IMG/VR virus record: IMGVR_UViG_3300022654_000689
Strand: one strand, 5' to 3'
DNA from: a virus
Lineage: Duplodnaviria > Caudoviricetes
Length of the DNA stretch: 64,000 nucleotides
This document shows, piece by piece, positions 30,368-38,953 of the stretch. Each line of letters opens with the position of its first letter. Within the stretch, counting starts at the first letter, position 1. The translations under genes were made by a program, and so were the position numbers. A model generated the notes under the pieces. The model saw nothing but the letters and a program-made list of their open reading frames with translations, had not been told where the DNA came from and did not search any database.

Positions 30368-30664
30368 ATGAGTAATATAAATGTAAAGGATGTAATTAAT
30401 GGTAGCAAAGGTAAAACAGAAAAACAGGGGGAACAGCTTGCAAAGGCTGTTCTTCTTGAAATGGAAAAGAATGAAAAAGTTGTAATAGATATGTCTAAAT
30501 TAATACTTATTAGAATTAAATTTTTTAAAACATTTGTAACAAAATTAAAGGAAAGATACCCTGACATTGATATTATTTTAGATAAATTAGAAATTGAGTA
30601 TAGCATTGACAATGATAAAGACATTATGCAAATGGTTTTTGAAAATGTATATGGAGGTATGTAA
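30368..30664 (+). CDS. Hypothetical protein (weak STAS/DUF4325-like pattern)
   Basis: RBS GGGGA; GEQL...EKVVIDMS.L...FF pattern. Confidence 0.55.
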   Translation: MSNINVKDVINGSKGKTEKQGEQLAKAVLLEMEKNEKVVIDMSKLILIRIKFFKTFVTKLKERYPDIDIILDKLEIEYSIDNDKDIMQMVFENVYGGM

Positions 30665-30665
30665 T

Positions 30666-31274
30666 ATGAATGAATTAAAGATAGTTTTAAAAGATAAATT
30701 CGCATTTATACCTAAAAAAGTTAAAGATCATAAAGATAATTTAAAATGGATATGGATGAGAAAGTATACTGAAATTCTTGTAGACGGTGAAAAAGTATGG
30801 AAAAATGTTAATGGGTGCATGATATATAAACCTGATATAGTTTCTCATGGTTACTATCTTCCAGTAATAGGGCATAGCGAAAGAGTTAAAAAAACTATTT
30901 TAGAAAACGTTAAAGATAGAATGAAAGGTGCAGAAGCGCCAGCACCTAAACCAAAGCCTCAGCATTCATCATATGAAATTGTATTAACAAGCGAAGAGTA
31001 CTATAATAAATTAGTTGAATTAGACGATATACGAGACGATACAGTTTATAAAATCCATAGACAAAATGGTCCAATACAAATTATCTATGTTCCAACAGAA
31101 AGAGCTATATATAATATATTTGGTGCTGATCCTGGAGACTTAATACTAGAAGAAATTGGAATTAAACTATACAAAGTTTATAAAGTTGATATGGTTAAAG
31201 GTAAAGACAAACAGATAATGCATATAACTTACCAATATATGTCTGATGGTAGTAGAGATTCAATACTATTTTAA
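30666..31274 (+). CDS. Hypothetical protein
   Basis: RBS GGAGG before ATG 30666, in frame with ORF-track 30594. Confidence 0.65.
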   Translation: MNELKIVLKDKFAFIPKKVKDHKDNLKWIWMRKYTEILVDGEKVWKNVNGCMIYKPDIVSHGYYLPVIGHSERVKKTILENVKDRMKGAEAPAPKPKPQHSSYEIVLTSEEYYNKLVELDDIRDDTVYKIHRQNGPIQIIYVPTERAIYNIFGADPGDLILEEIGIKLYKVYKVDMVKGKDKQIMHITYQYMSDGSRDSILF

Positions 31275-31292
31275 ACACATATTATAAAACTG
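31269..31292 (+). promoter_or_regulatory. Early-type promoter
   Basis: TTTTaaacaCATATTATaaaacTG upstream of the RNAP subunit gene. Confidence 0.7.
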
Positions 31293-31322
31293 CAGTATCA
31301 AATTAAATTAGGAGGTAATAAA

Positions 31323-33372
31323 ATGGCAGCTACTATTAAGTATGATATGAACCACTTATTAACAGATAAAGAAGAATATGCAGAAGTAAGAGATTCGATA
31401 TTTGATTCAATACAAATTAATGTAGAAAACAGAAGAAAACCAGTAATAGTCATAGTTGATGGTGAAGAATATGAAATGACAAGAGGTAATTTATTAACTC
31501 TATTAATATGCTATAGAGTATTCTTAGAAACTAAATGTACATTTAGCGAAGATTTCTTATTCGATCCATCAGACGGAGTAGATGAAATTAACAAGTTTAT
31601 GGACCACGTACTAGAATGGACATTATATCATTTGGAAGAAGAAGATTTCCAAATGGTTAAAGAAGTAATAACTCTAATCATATCAGATTTAGCAAATGTG
31701 TCAGGAGTTATAAACACAATCTATGGTAATACAATATCCATTAAATCATTAATAGATTTAGGGAAAAGAAATCCTGAATTTCATGATTTAATGAGAATGA
31801 AGTTACCAGAAGGTAATTTACAATTTAACGAAATTGAAGGTTATATTAAACATTCTTTAGATAGAACTACAGAGATATTATCGGAAGAAGAAAATGTACT
31901 ACAAACATTTATAGCAAGTGGATCTGGTATTAACTTAAAACAATTAGGGCAAGTTGTTAACATGATAGGTAATAAACCAGATTTGGACGGTACAATAATA
32001 CCAATCCCTATAGAAAGTTCATTTATAAGAGGAATAGATATACCTAGCTATTTCATAGTAAGTAAAGGGTGTCGCAAAGCGTTAATAACGAACAGTACTC
32101 AAGTTAAGTCATCAGGATATCTAAACAGAAAAGCAACTATAGCATGTCTTGATGAGCATAGTATAAGTAAAACTAAAGCTTGTGATACAAAGCATCTAGT
32201 ACCAATACACATATTTAATAAAAGCGTATTAAAACGTTTAAATGGTAGATGGTATAGAGACGCTGTAGGGCAAGACCAACTAATAACGCCAGAATGTACA
32301 TTTTTAGTAGGAAAAACTTTAGATTTTTATTCTCCAGCAACTTGTGCATGTGACGATGGTATATGTGAAAGATGTTACGGATCTTTAAGTAAATTCAATA
32401 GAGATATTAATATAGGAGTTGTAGCTGTTTTATTATTAACGGAACCGCTTACTCAACGCTTAAACTATTAGGTGTTGTAAAACTTCTTTAATTGCTGGGA
32501 AGTCCCATTGGGATAATCAGCAGCCAGGTCATTATGACAAGGTTCAACGACTATCGAAACCGTTAATAAGGGAGTAGAGTACACTCGGAATGAGTGGAAA
32601 CAAGAAGCACCAGAAATGGTGAAGATATAGTCTGCTCTGCATAGAAATATGCAGTTAACACAAGGTATTAAGTTCTAAACACCTTTTAACAACTAAATCA
32701 CGTAAAGTTGAATGGGGAGACACATTTGAGCAATATTTCCAAATTAATATAGATAATGTTTCATATACAAACCCTAAAATTAAGATAAGAATTGATAGCA
32801 TGGAATTTGATGAAATGACAGATTTATATAGTTTTAAAGAAATGACAATAATAGATGCTCATGAAAAAGAACATGTTATAGAGTTACCATTACCGTTAAC
32901 TGTTAATAATAATGAGATAGATATAGATAGATACTATAATGAAGATGAAGATTATTATTTAATATCAGATAAAGCGGACACTGATATATTCTATTATACA
33001 ATGGCTAATATAGAATTATCAAATGCATTAATGAGATTAAAAGACGTTTTAGATAAAAATGATTATCTAAAAGAACATACTAACGTAGAAGTTGTAAATC
33101 ACTTAATGGAACTAATAGAAGAATCAGGAATAAACATTAATGCAGTTCATTTAGAATTAATAGTTAGATGTTTAACAATAATGAATAGTCGTAGTGAATG
33201 GGCCAATGAAGAAACACCAGATTATTATATGTGTAAGATAAAAGACAGTATTCTTAACGGAAAATCGTTAACTAAATCAATAGTCTTTGAAGAGCTAAGT
33301 AAACAATTAACTACACTTAAGTATGGAATTTATGATAAATCTGGTAATTCATTATTGGATAATCTAATATAA
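31323..33372 (+). CDS. Phage multisubunit RNA polymerase, beta' C-terminal-like subunit (exons 31323-32460 and 32666-33372; 614 aa spliced)
   Basis: GQVVNMIGNKPDLDG, bridge helix VKSSGYLNRK, Zn motif SPATC...GICERCYG. Splicing restores trigger-loop-like EPLTQRLLSSKHLL; VHLELIVR occurs near the C-terminus. Confidence 0.9.
32461..32665 (+). ncRNA. Group I intron (205 nt, no ORF) in RNAP subunit gene
   Basis: P1: exon CAACGCU pairs with GGUGUUG, giving a U.G splice pair. Core AATTGCTGGGAA, AATCAGCAG, TTCAACGACTA, AAGATATAGTC. Terminal G at 32665; the frame is restored. Confidence 0.92.
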
Positions 33373-33376
33373 TACA

Positions 33377-33406
33377 ATGGGAATAGTGAAATCTCACTAT
33401 TCCCAT
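33377..33406 (+). terminator. Intrinsic terminator
   Basis: ATGGGAATAGTGA-aatc-TCACTATTCCCAT followed by a T-rich tract. Confidence 0.75.
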
Positions 33407-33420
33407 AATTTTATCTTAAC

Positions 33421-33444
33421 TTTTATTAGCATATTATTAATATG
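33421..33444 (+). promoter_or_regulatory. Early-type promoter
   Basis: TTTTattagCATATTATtaataTG. Confidence 0.7.
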
Positions 33445-33476
33445 GTAATAAAAAATTAAATTTGGAGGTAGTGTGT

Positions 33477-34118
33477 ATGATATTAGGTATAATTTTAGGA
33501 CTTTTAATAGGAGTATGTGGAATAGGTGTAACTCTAATAATTTCAGGAAATGGTCAAAAGTCTTATGGTAAAGTATATACCGGCTTTGGAATTATAATAG
33601 CGTCATTAGTAATTTCAGTAATCATAATTACATTTGCAATGATTAACGAAAAGGATAATGTAGAATCTGTAACACCTCCAAGTATAAATGAACAAGTAAT
33701 TCCTAACGAAGAACAAACACCTAATAACAACATCACAGAAGAACCTCAAAATGAATACGAAGATAGCAGAATAACAGCAATGAAAAACACAGTAATAGAT
33801 GATAATAGTGGATTAACTTGGGGTAGTGCAATAACATTTATCGAAAATCAACAATGGGAGATAGTAGAAGCGACAGGTGGAGATGTTGCATATCATGTAA
33901 CAGTTACAGGTACTTTTGTAGATGAAGAACTAGGAGCACTTCCAGTAGTACTTGAATTCACTTACACTCTAGATGAAGCTATCTCTTATGCAGATATAAG
34001 AGTGCTACACATGACTATTGCAGATATAGAATATTCAGCACAAGAAACATTAGATATAATAAATGAGATAATATTAGAGTATAATAATTATATCAATAAT
34101 TTACAATATAATTTATAG
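33477..34118 (+). CDS. Membrane protein (2 N-terminal TM helices, extracellular domain)
   Basis: Two hydrophobic segments; RBS GGAGG before ATG 33477. Confidence 0.7.
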   Translation: MILGIILGLLIGVCGIGVTLIISGNGQKSYGKVYTGFGIIIASLVISVIIITFAMINEKDNVESVTPPSINEQVIPNEEQTPNNNITEEPQNEYEDSRITAMKNTVIDDNSGLTWGSAITFIENQQWEIVEATGGDVAYHVTVTGTFVDEELGALPVVLEFTYTLDEAISYADIRVLHMTIADIEYSAQETLDIINEIILEYNNYINNLQYNL

Positions 34119-34131
34119 GAGGTAATTATAT

Positions 34132-34791
34132 ATGAAAAAATTAATTCCAATATTCTTAATATCTACTATGCTATGTGCTTGTAGTAACACTAATCAAACA
34201 GAAGTTACTATAAGACCTAATTTTTCAAATGCACCATCAATTAACAATCATGATAATCATGTCCATTCTGATTTTACGCCATCAATAAATCTCAAAGATA
34301 AAGAACAAAAAGTAGAAGAAAAACAACCGGAAGAAACAAAGAAACAAGAGCCAAAGAAAGAAGAGCCAAAGAAAGAAGAAAAATTTGAAGCAACTTGCAT
34401 ATACTGTAATGGGCCGCTAAAAGATTCTGATAAGAAAAGTGTATGTCAGAATTGTGTTGAAAGAATTAAACAAGAACAAGAACAAGAGCAAGAAAGAGAA
34501 CTTACTTTTAAATGTAGATGGTGTGGAAAAACTATAAATGAAGATCAATACGATACATGGGGAGGGTGTTGTAGTGAAGGTTGTGCCGTAAGCGCTGAAG
34601 GGACAGCTTATGAAAATTACGAACGAGATGAACTTGGAATGGTTCCGGAAAAAGATGAAAACTTATATCAAGGAGTAGTACCAGACGGCGGATGTACTAT
34701 ATGTGGTTGGTGTGGTGCCAGAGTAATGGATGATAGAGCTTTCTGTTCTAATATATGTGAAAAAGCTCATAAAGATTATTATAATAATTAG
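34132..34791 (+). CDS. Lipoprotein with three Cys-rich zinc-ribbon-like motifs
   Basis: MKK + hydrophobic stretch + LCAC lipobox; CIYC..CQNC, CRWC..CCSEGC, CGWC..FCSNIC. Confidence 0.7.
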   Translation: MKKLIPIFLISTMLCACSNTNQTEVTIRPNFSNAPSINNHDNHVHSDFTPSINLKDKEQKVEEKQPEETKKQEPKKEEPKKEEKFEATCIYCNGPLKDSDKKSVCQNCVERIKQEQEQEQERELTFKCRWCGKTINEDQYDTWGGCCSEGCAVSAEGTAYENYERDELGMVPEKDENLYQGVVPDGGCTICGWCGARVMDDRAFCSNICEKAHKDYYNN

Positions 34792-34804
34792 GAGGTAATT
34801 TATT

Positions 34805-35047
34805 ATGGATATGTATTTAGAGTTTATATCAGGTTTAATACCATCAGTTGTAATGGCTTTAATTATGTATAGATATGGAGTTAGTTTAAGTAAAAAACAT
34901 CCGTCTGTAGACATAAGTCCATTAATATTTGCAGCAGTTACATTTGCATTTGGTATACTTGGTTTCTTGATATATAATAGCATTATACATTCTAAAATTA
35001 AAAAAGAAGAAAAAACTAGAATAGAAGGAGAACGCAATGATAAATGA
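34805..35047 (+). CDS. Small membrane protein
   Basis: Two hydrophobic helices; RBS GGAGG. Confidence 0.65.
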   Translation: MDMYLEFISGLIPSVVMALIMYRYGVSLSKKHPSVDISPLIFAAVTFAFGILGFLIYNSIIHSKIKKEEKTRIEGERNDK

Positions 35048-35420
35048 TGGAGGAGCAGCTAGACTTGTTTCATTTATTACAGCTGACAAGCCTAGCATTC
35101 AAGTAAAATTTGTTCATATATTGATTAAATTACAAGAGTTTGAATATAATGGTAAAAGTTATGATAGCTTAGTTTATAGTGAAGACGATTCAGCTAAAGC
35201 ATTTAATAGAAGAAAACCAGAATTTTTAGATGATATGTTATATAGTACTGAATTTAACATGGATAAACTAACTATGATTGACTCAAATGGAAAATTTATA
35301 GGAAGAATATTTGAAGTTATGAAAGATGATGAAGAAGATAAAAAACGTTTAGTAAGAGCTTTAAGAAAACTAATAATAGATTATAGAATAGATGGAAATT
35401 TATCAATTGTTGATATTTGA
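35037..35420 (+). CDS. Hypothetical protein
   Basis: RBS AAGGAG; overlaps the upstream stop codon. Confidence 0.6.
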   Translation: MINDGGAARLVSFITADKPSIQVKFVHILIKLQEFEYNGKSYDSLVYSEDDSAKAFNRRKPEFLDDMLYSTEFNMDKLTMIDSNGKFIGRIFEVMKDDEEDKKRLVRALRKLIIDYRIDGNLSIVDI

Positions 35421-35439
35421 TTAGTAGGAGTGATTATAT

Positions 35440-35664
35440 ATGGTTGGAAGCAATTATTGGTATTTTTGGATGGTGACATCGTTAATACTTGCTGGATTGA
35501 ACGCGTGGTTAGACAATGACATGTGGGCATGGTTTTCAATAGGATTAGCTTTTTATTATAGACTAAAATTTAAAGAAGAATTGAATAAGGAAAAACTAAT
35601 TTTAGAAATTAAAAACGAACTAAACAAAAAAGACAATAATGCTGAAAACTCTGATGATGAATAA
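35440..35664 (+). CDS. Small membrane protein
   Basis: Trp-rich hydrophobic hairpin; RBS AGGAG. Confidence 0.6.
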   Translation: MVGSNYWYFWMVTSLILAGLNAWLDNDMWAWFSIGLAFYYRLKFKEELNKEKLILEIKNELNKKDNNAENSDDE

Positions 35665-35715
35665 TTTTAAAATTAAATTAATAAAAAATTATATTAAATT
35701 AGGGAGGATTTATTT

Positions 35716-38130
35716 ATGATGAAAACTGTTAATTTTGTAGAGAATATAGAAAGTACCATGAGAAGTATGTATTTTAAAGATGCTAAAAGTAGTAATGTCG
35801 CTGAAAGATTTAATGTATTAGCTAAAGTACTTAAAGATTCAATGACAGAAAGTTGGTATGAAAGAGAAAAGAATGAAAACAATGAAAAAGAAGTACATTA
35901 TTTCTCAATGGAATTCTTACTAGGTAAACAGCTTAAATCAATGATCCTCAACCTAGGAGTAACAACAGAGATAAACGATGCAATGGAAGAACTTGGTTGG
36001 AATTTAGATGAGTTAATAGAATACGAACCAGAACCTTCAACCGGTAATGGTGGTTTAGGAAGATTAGCTGCATGTTTCATAGATAGTATGTCTTCAAATG
36101 GTATAAGAGGATATGGACAAGGTCTTCGTTATAAATCAGGACTATTCAAACAAAAGATAGTTAATGGGTATCAAAAAGAATTACCAGATTTATGGTTACA
36201 AAATGGAATATATGCATGGGATGTAAGAAGAGAAGAACATTTCATAGTTAAGTTTAGAGGAAATGTAAGATTTGAAACTATAAACGGAAGATTAGAAGCC
36301 ATAACAGAAAACTATAAACCAGTAGTCGCAGTTCCTTATGATGTACCAACACCAGGTTATGAAAATGGAGTTGTAAACTATTTAAGATTATGGAATGCAG
36401 AATGCCCAAGTTATGAAATTCTAGATGAATGTGGAATAAACTTTACAAATTATCATGATGTATTAAAAACTAAGAATTCAATAGATGAAATTTGTGATGT
36501 ACTGTATCCAGATGATTCTCATTTCCGTGGTAAAGAATTAAGATTAAAACAAGAATACTTTATGTGTTCCGCTGGTGTTCAATCATTAGTTAAGAAATTT
36601 AAAGATAAAGGAATAAACTTAGAACACTTAGATAAGCATTTAGCAATTCATATAAATGATACTCATCCAACTTTATGTATACCTGAAATGATGAGAATAT
36701 TAGTTGACGAAGAAAAAATGGATTGGGATAAAGCTTGGGAAGTAACAACTAAAGTTATGTCTTATACAAACCATACAATAATGGCTGAAGCATTAGAAAA
36801 ATGGCCTGGATTTATGTTACAATCATTATTACCAAGAATATACATGATAATACAAGAGATAGACAGAAGATATATTGAAGATTTAAGAAATGACAAAGGA
36901 TATAGTTCTGAAAAGATAGACAGAATGAAGATAATAGATAATAATGGTAATATTAGAATGGCTAACTTATGTATAGTAGGAAGTCATAGTGTAAATGGTG
37001 TTGCAGCGTTACACACTGAAATCCTTAAAAAGGATACACTTAGAGATTTCTATAAAGATGAACCTCACAAATTCAATAATAAAACTAATGGTATAGCTCA
37101 TAGAAGATGGTTATTTAGCGCCAACCCAGATCTAACAGAATTTATAGATACATTAATTCCTAATAGCAATTGGAAAAATGATTTAAGTCAATTAAAACAA
37201 TTACACAATTATGTAGAAGATCCTAATGTTTATGATACACTAGGTTCTATCAAGTATATTAATAAAGTTAATTTAGCTAATATGATAGAAAAAGATAGTG
37301 GTATTAAGGTAGACCCTAATTCAATATTTGATATACAAGTAAAACGTTTACATGCCTATAAACGTCAATTAATGAACTTATTAGGAATATTAATGATATA
37401 CAATGATTTAATAAATGACCCTAATAAAGATTTCTATCCAATGACATTTATATTTGGTGCTAAGGCTGCAGCTGGATATCACGAAGCTAAATGCACAATA
37501 AAAGCAATATATGCAGTAGCAGATTTAGTAAACAATGATCCTAGAGTAAACGATAAGATGAAAGTTGTATTCATAGAAAACTACAATGTAAGTAAAGCTG
37601 AAAGAATAGTAACAGCAGCTGATATAAGTGAACAAATTAGTACAGCGTCTAAAGAAGCGAGTGGTACTAGCTGTTTCAAATTTGCATTGAATGGAGCGTT
37701 AACATTAGGAACATTAGACGGCGCAAATGTTGAGATAGCTGAAAATGTTGGATCTCAAAACATATTTATTTTCGGGCTACAATCAGATGAAGTAATTCAT
37801 AGATATAATACTTGGACTGATCTTGGTGGAAAATTTATGATGGATAGAAACTGCAATATTAGAAGAGCTATGGATATGCTAATAAATGGAAGCTTACCAG
37901 GAATAGGATCTGCAGGATTTGACTTATACAGAACATTAGTCAATAATGACCATTACTTTGTGTTATCTGATTTACAAGATTATGTAGACACTAAGTATCG
38001 TATGAATCAATTATATAGAACTAATAAAAATGAATGGAATAAAAAATGTTTTATTAATATAATGAATGTTTATAATTTTACAACAGACAGAACTATAAGA
38101 GAATATAGCAATGACATATGGTTTAAGTAA
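35716..38130 (+). CDS. glgP: Glycogen/alpha-glucan phosphorylase
   Basis: YFSMEFLLG, GNGGLGRLAACF, LRLKQEYF, HINDTHP, YTNHT, NGVAALH, NKTNG, VKRLHAYKRQ and the PLP-Lys motif EASGTSCFKFALNG...GTLDGANVE. Confidence 0.96.
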   Translation: MMKTVNFVENIESTMRSMYFKDAKSSNVAERFNVLAKVLKDSMTESWYEREKNENNEKEVHYFSMEFLLGKQLKSMILNLGVTTEINDAMEELGWNLDELIEYEPEPSTGNGGLGRLAACFIDSMSSNGIRGYGQGLRYKSGLFKQKIVNGYQKELPDLWLQNGIYAWDVRREEHFIVKFRGNVRFETINGRLEAITENYKPVVAVPYDVPTPGYENGVVNYLRLWNAECPSYEILDECGINFTNYHDVLKTKNSIDEICDVLYPDDSHFRGKELRLKQEYFMCSAGVQSLVKKFKDKGINLEHLDKHLAIHINDTHPTLCIPEMMRILVDEEKMDWDKAWEVTTKVMSYTNHTIMAEALEKWPGFMLQSLLPRIYMIIQEIDRRYIEDLRNDKGYSSEKIDRMKIIDNNGNIRMANLCIVGSHSVNGVAALHTEILKKDTLRDFYKDEPHKFNNKTNGIAHRRWLFSANPDLTEFIDTLIPNSNWKNDLSQLKQLHNYVEDPNVYDTLGSIKYINKVNLANMIEKDSGIKVDPNSIFDIQVKRLHAYKRQLMNLLGILMIYNDLINDPNKDFYPMTFIFGAKAAAGYHEAKCTIKAIYAVADLVNNDPRVNDKMKVVFIENYNVSKAERIVTAADISEQISTASKEASGTSCFKFALNGALTLGTLDGANVEIAENVGSQNIFIFGLQSDEVIHRYNTWTDLGGKFMMDRNCNIRRAMDMLINGSLPGIGSAGFDLYRTLVNNDHYFVLSDLQDYVDTKYRMNQLYRTNKNEWNKKCFINIMNVYNFTTDRTIREYSNDIWFK

Positions 38131-38178
38131 TATAAAAAGAGGTGATAGTTTGGCTACTAAAACAGAATTGGTGAATCA

Positions 38179-38907
38179 ATGACAAACAGGCACGGTAACG
38201 AATATACAATTGTTGAGTATAATAGCTGCTTTGATCTAACTGTTGAATTTAAAGAATTTGGTTATATAAAAGAACACATAAGATATGAACAATTTAAGTC
38301 AGGAAGTATAAAATGTCCGATGGATAGAACAGTTCTATCCATCGGTTATATTGGAATTGGCCCTTATGATCCTTTAGAGAATAAAAATAACAACTATGAC
38401 AGATGGAATAATATGTTAAAAAGATGTTATAGTAAAAGATATAAGAATAATAAAAAATCGTATAATGGTTGTTCTGTATGCGATGAATGGCAAAATTATC
38501 AAAATTTCGCCAGATGGTTTGATGAAAATTATTATCAAATTGAAGGCTGTGAAATGCATATAGATAAAGATATTCTAATAAAAAACAATAAAGTTTATAG
38601 TCCTGATACTTGCATCATAGTACCAGAATTTATAAACAGCATGTTCACTAATAGAAAAGCTGAGCGAGGAGCTTTGCCTCTAGGTGTAAATTGGAACGAA
38701 GATCATCAAAAGTATCAATCAGCATGTTGCGATCCTCTAGGTAAACGACATAGACTAGGTTATTTTGATACACCTGAAAAGGCATTCGACGCATACAAAA
38801 GAAAAAAAGAAGAAGTAATTAAAAAAGTAGCAGACAAGTATAAAAATCAAATTCCAGAAAAATTGTACCACGCACTTTATTCGTATAAAATTGAGATTAC
38901 TGATTAA
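38179..38907 (+). CDS. Free-standing HNH-like homing endonuclease with AP2-like C-terminal domain
   Basis: RWNNMLKRCY, CSVCDEWQNYQNFARW, HIDKDIL..NKVYSPDTC, LPLGV...RLGYFDTPEKAF. Confidence 0.85.
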   Translation: MTNRHGNEYTIVEYNSCFDLTVEFKEFGYIKEHIRYEQFKSGSIKCPMDRTVLSIGYIGIGPYDPLENKNNNYDRWNNMLKRCYSKRYKNNKKSYNGCSVCDEWQNYQNFARWFDENYYQIEGCEMHIDKDILIKNNKVYSPDTCIIVPEFINSMFTNRKAERGALPLGVNWNEDHQKYQSACCDPLGKRHRLGYFDTPEKAFDAYKRKKEEVIKKVADKYKNQIPEKLYHALYSYKIEITD

Positions 38908-38914
38908 GTAATAC

Positions 38915-38953
38915 AAAAAAAGAATAAGAGACATTTGTCTCTTATTCTTTTTC
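38915..38953. terminator. Bidirectional intrinsic terminator
   Basis: A-tract, AGAATAAGAGACA-tt-TGTCTCTTATTCT, T-tract, between convergent genes. Confidence 0.75.

Noticed and set aside
32800-33372. 190-aa ORF, and similarly 50984-51904 and 38942-39229, as independent genes
   Set aside because: They are second exons. Upstream in-frame sequence continues to the intron 3' G and restores conserved motifs.
35716-38130. Host chromosomal contamination (glgP, gyrB, ligA) or a bacterial origin for the window
   Set aside because: These genes are divergent, lack their bacterial operon neighbours, and share phage-type promoter and leader motifs with the surrounding genes.
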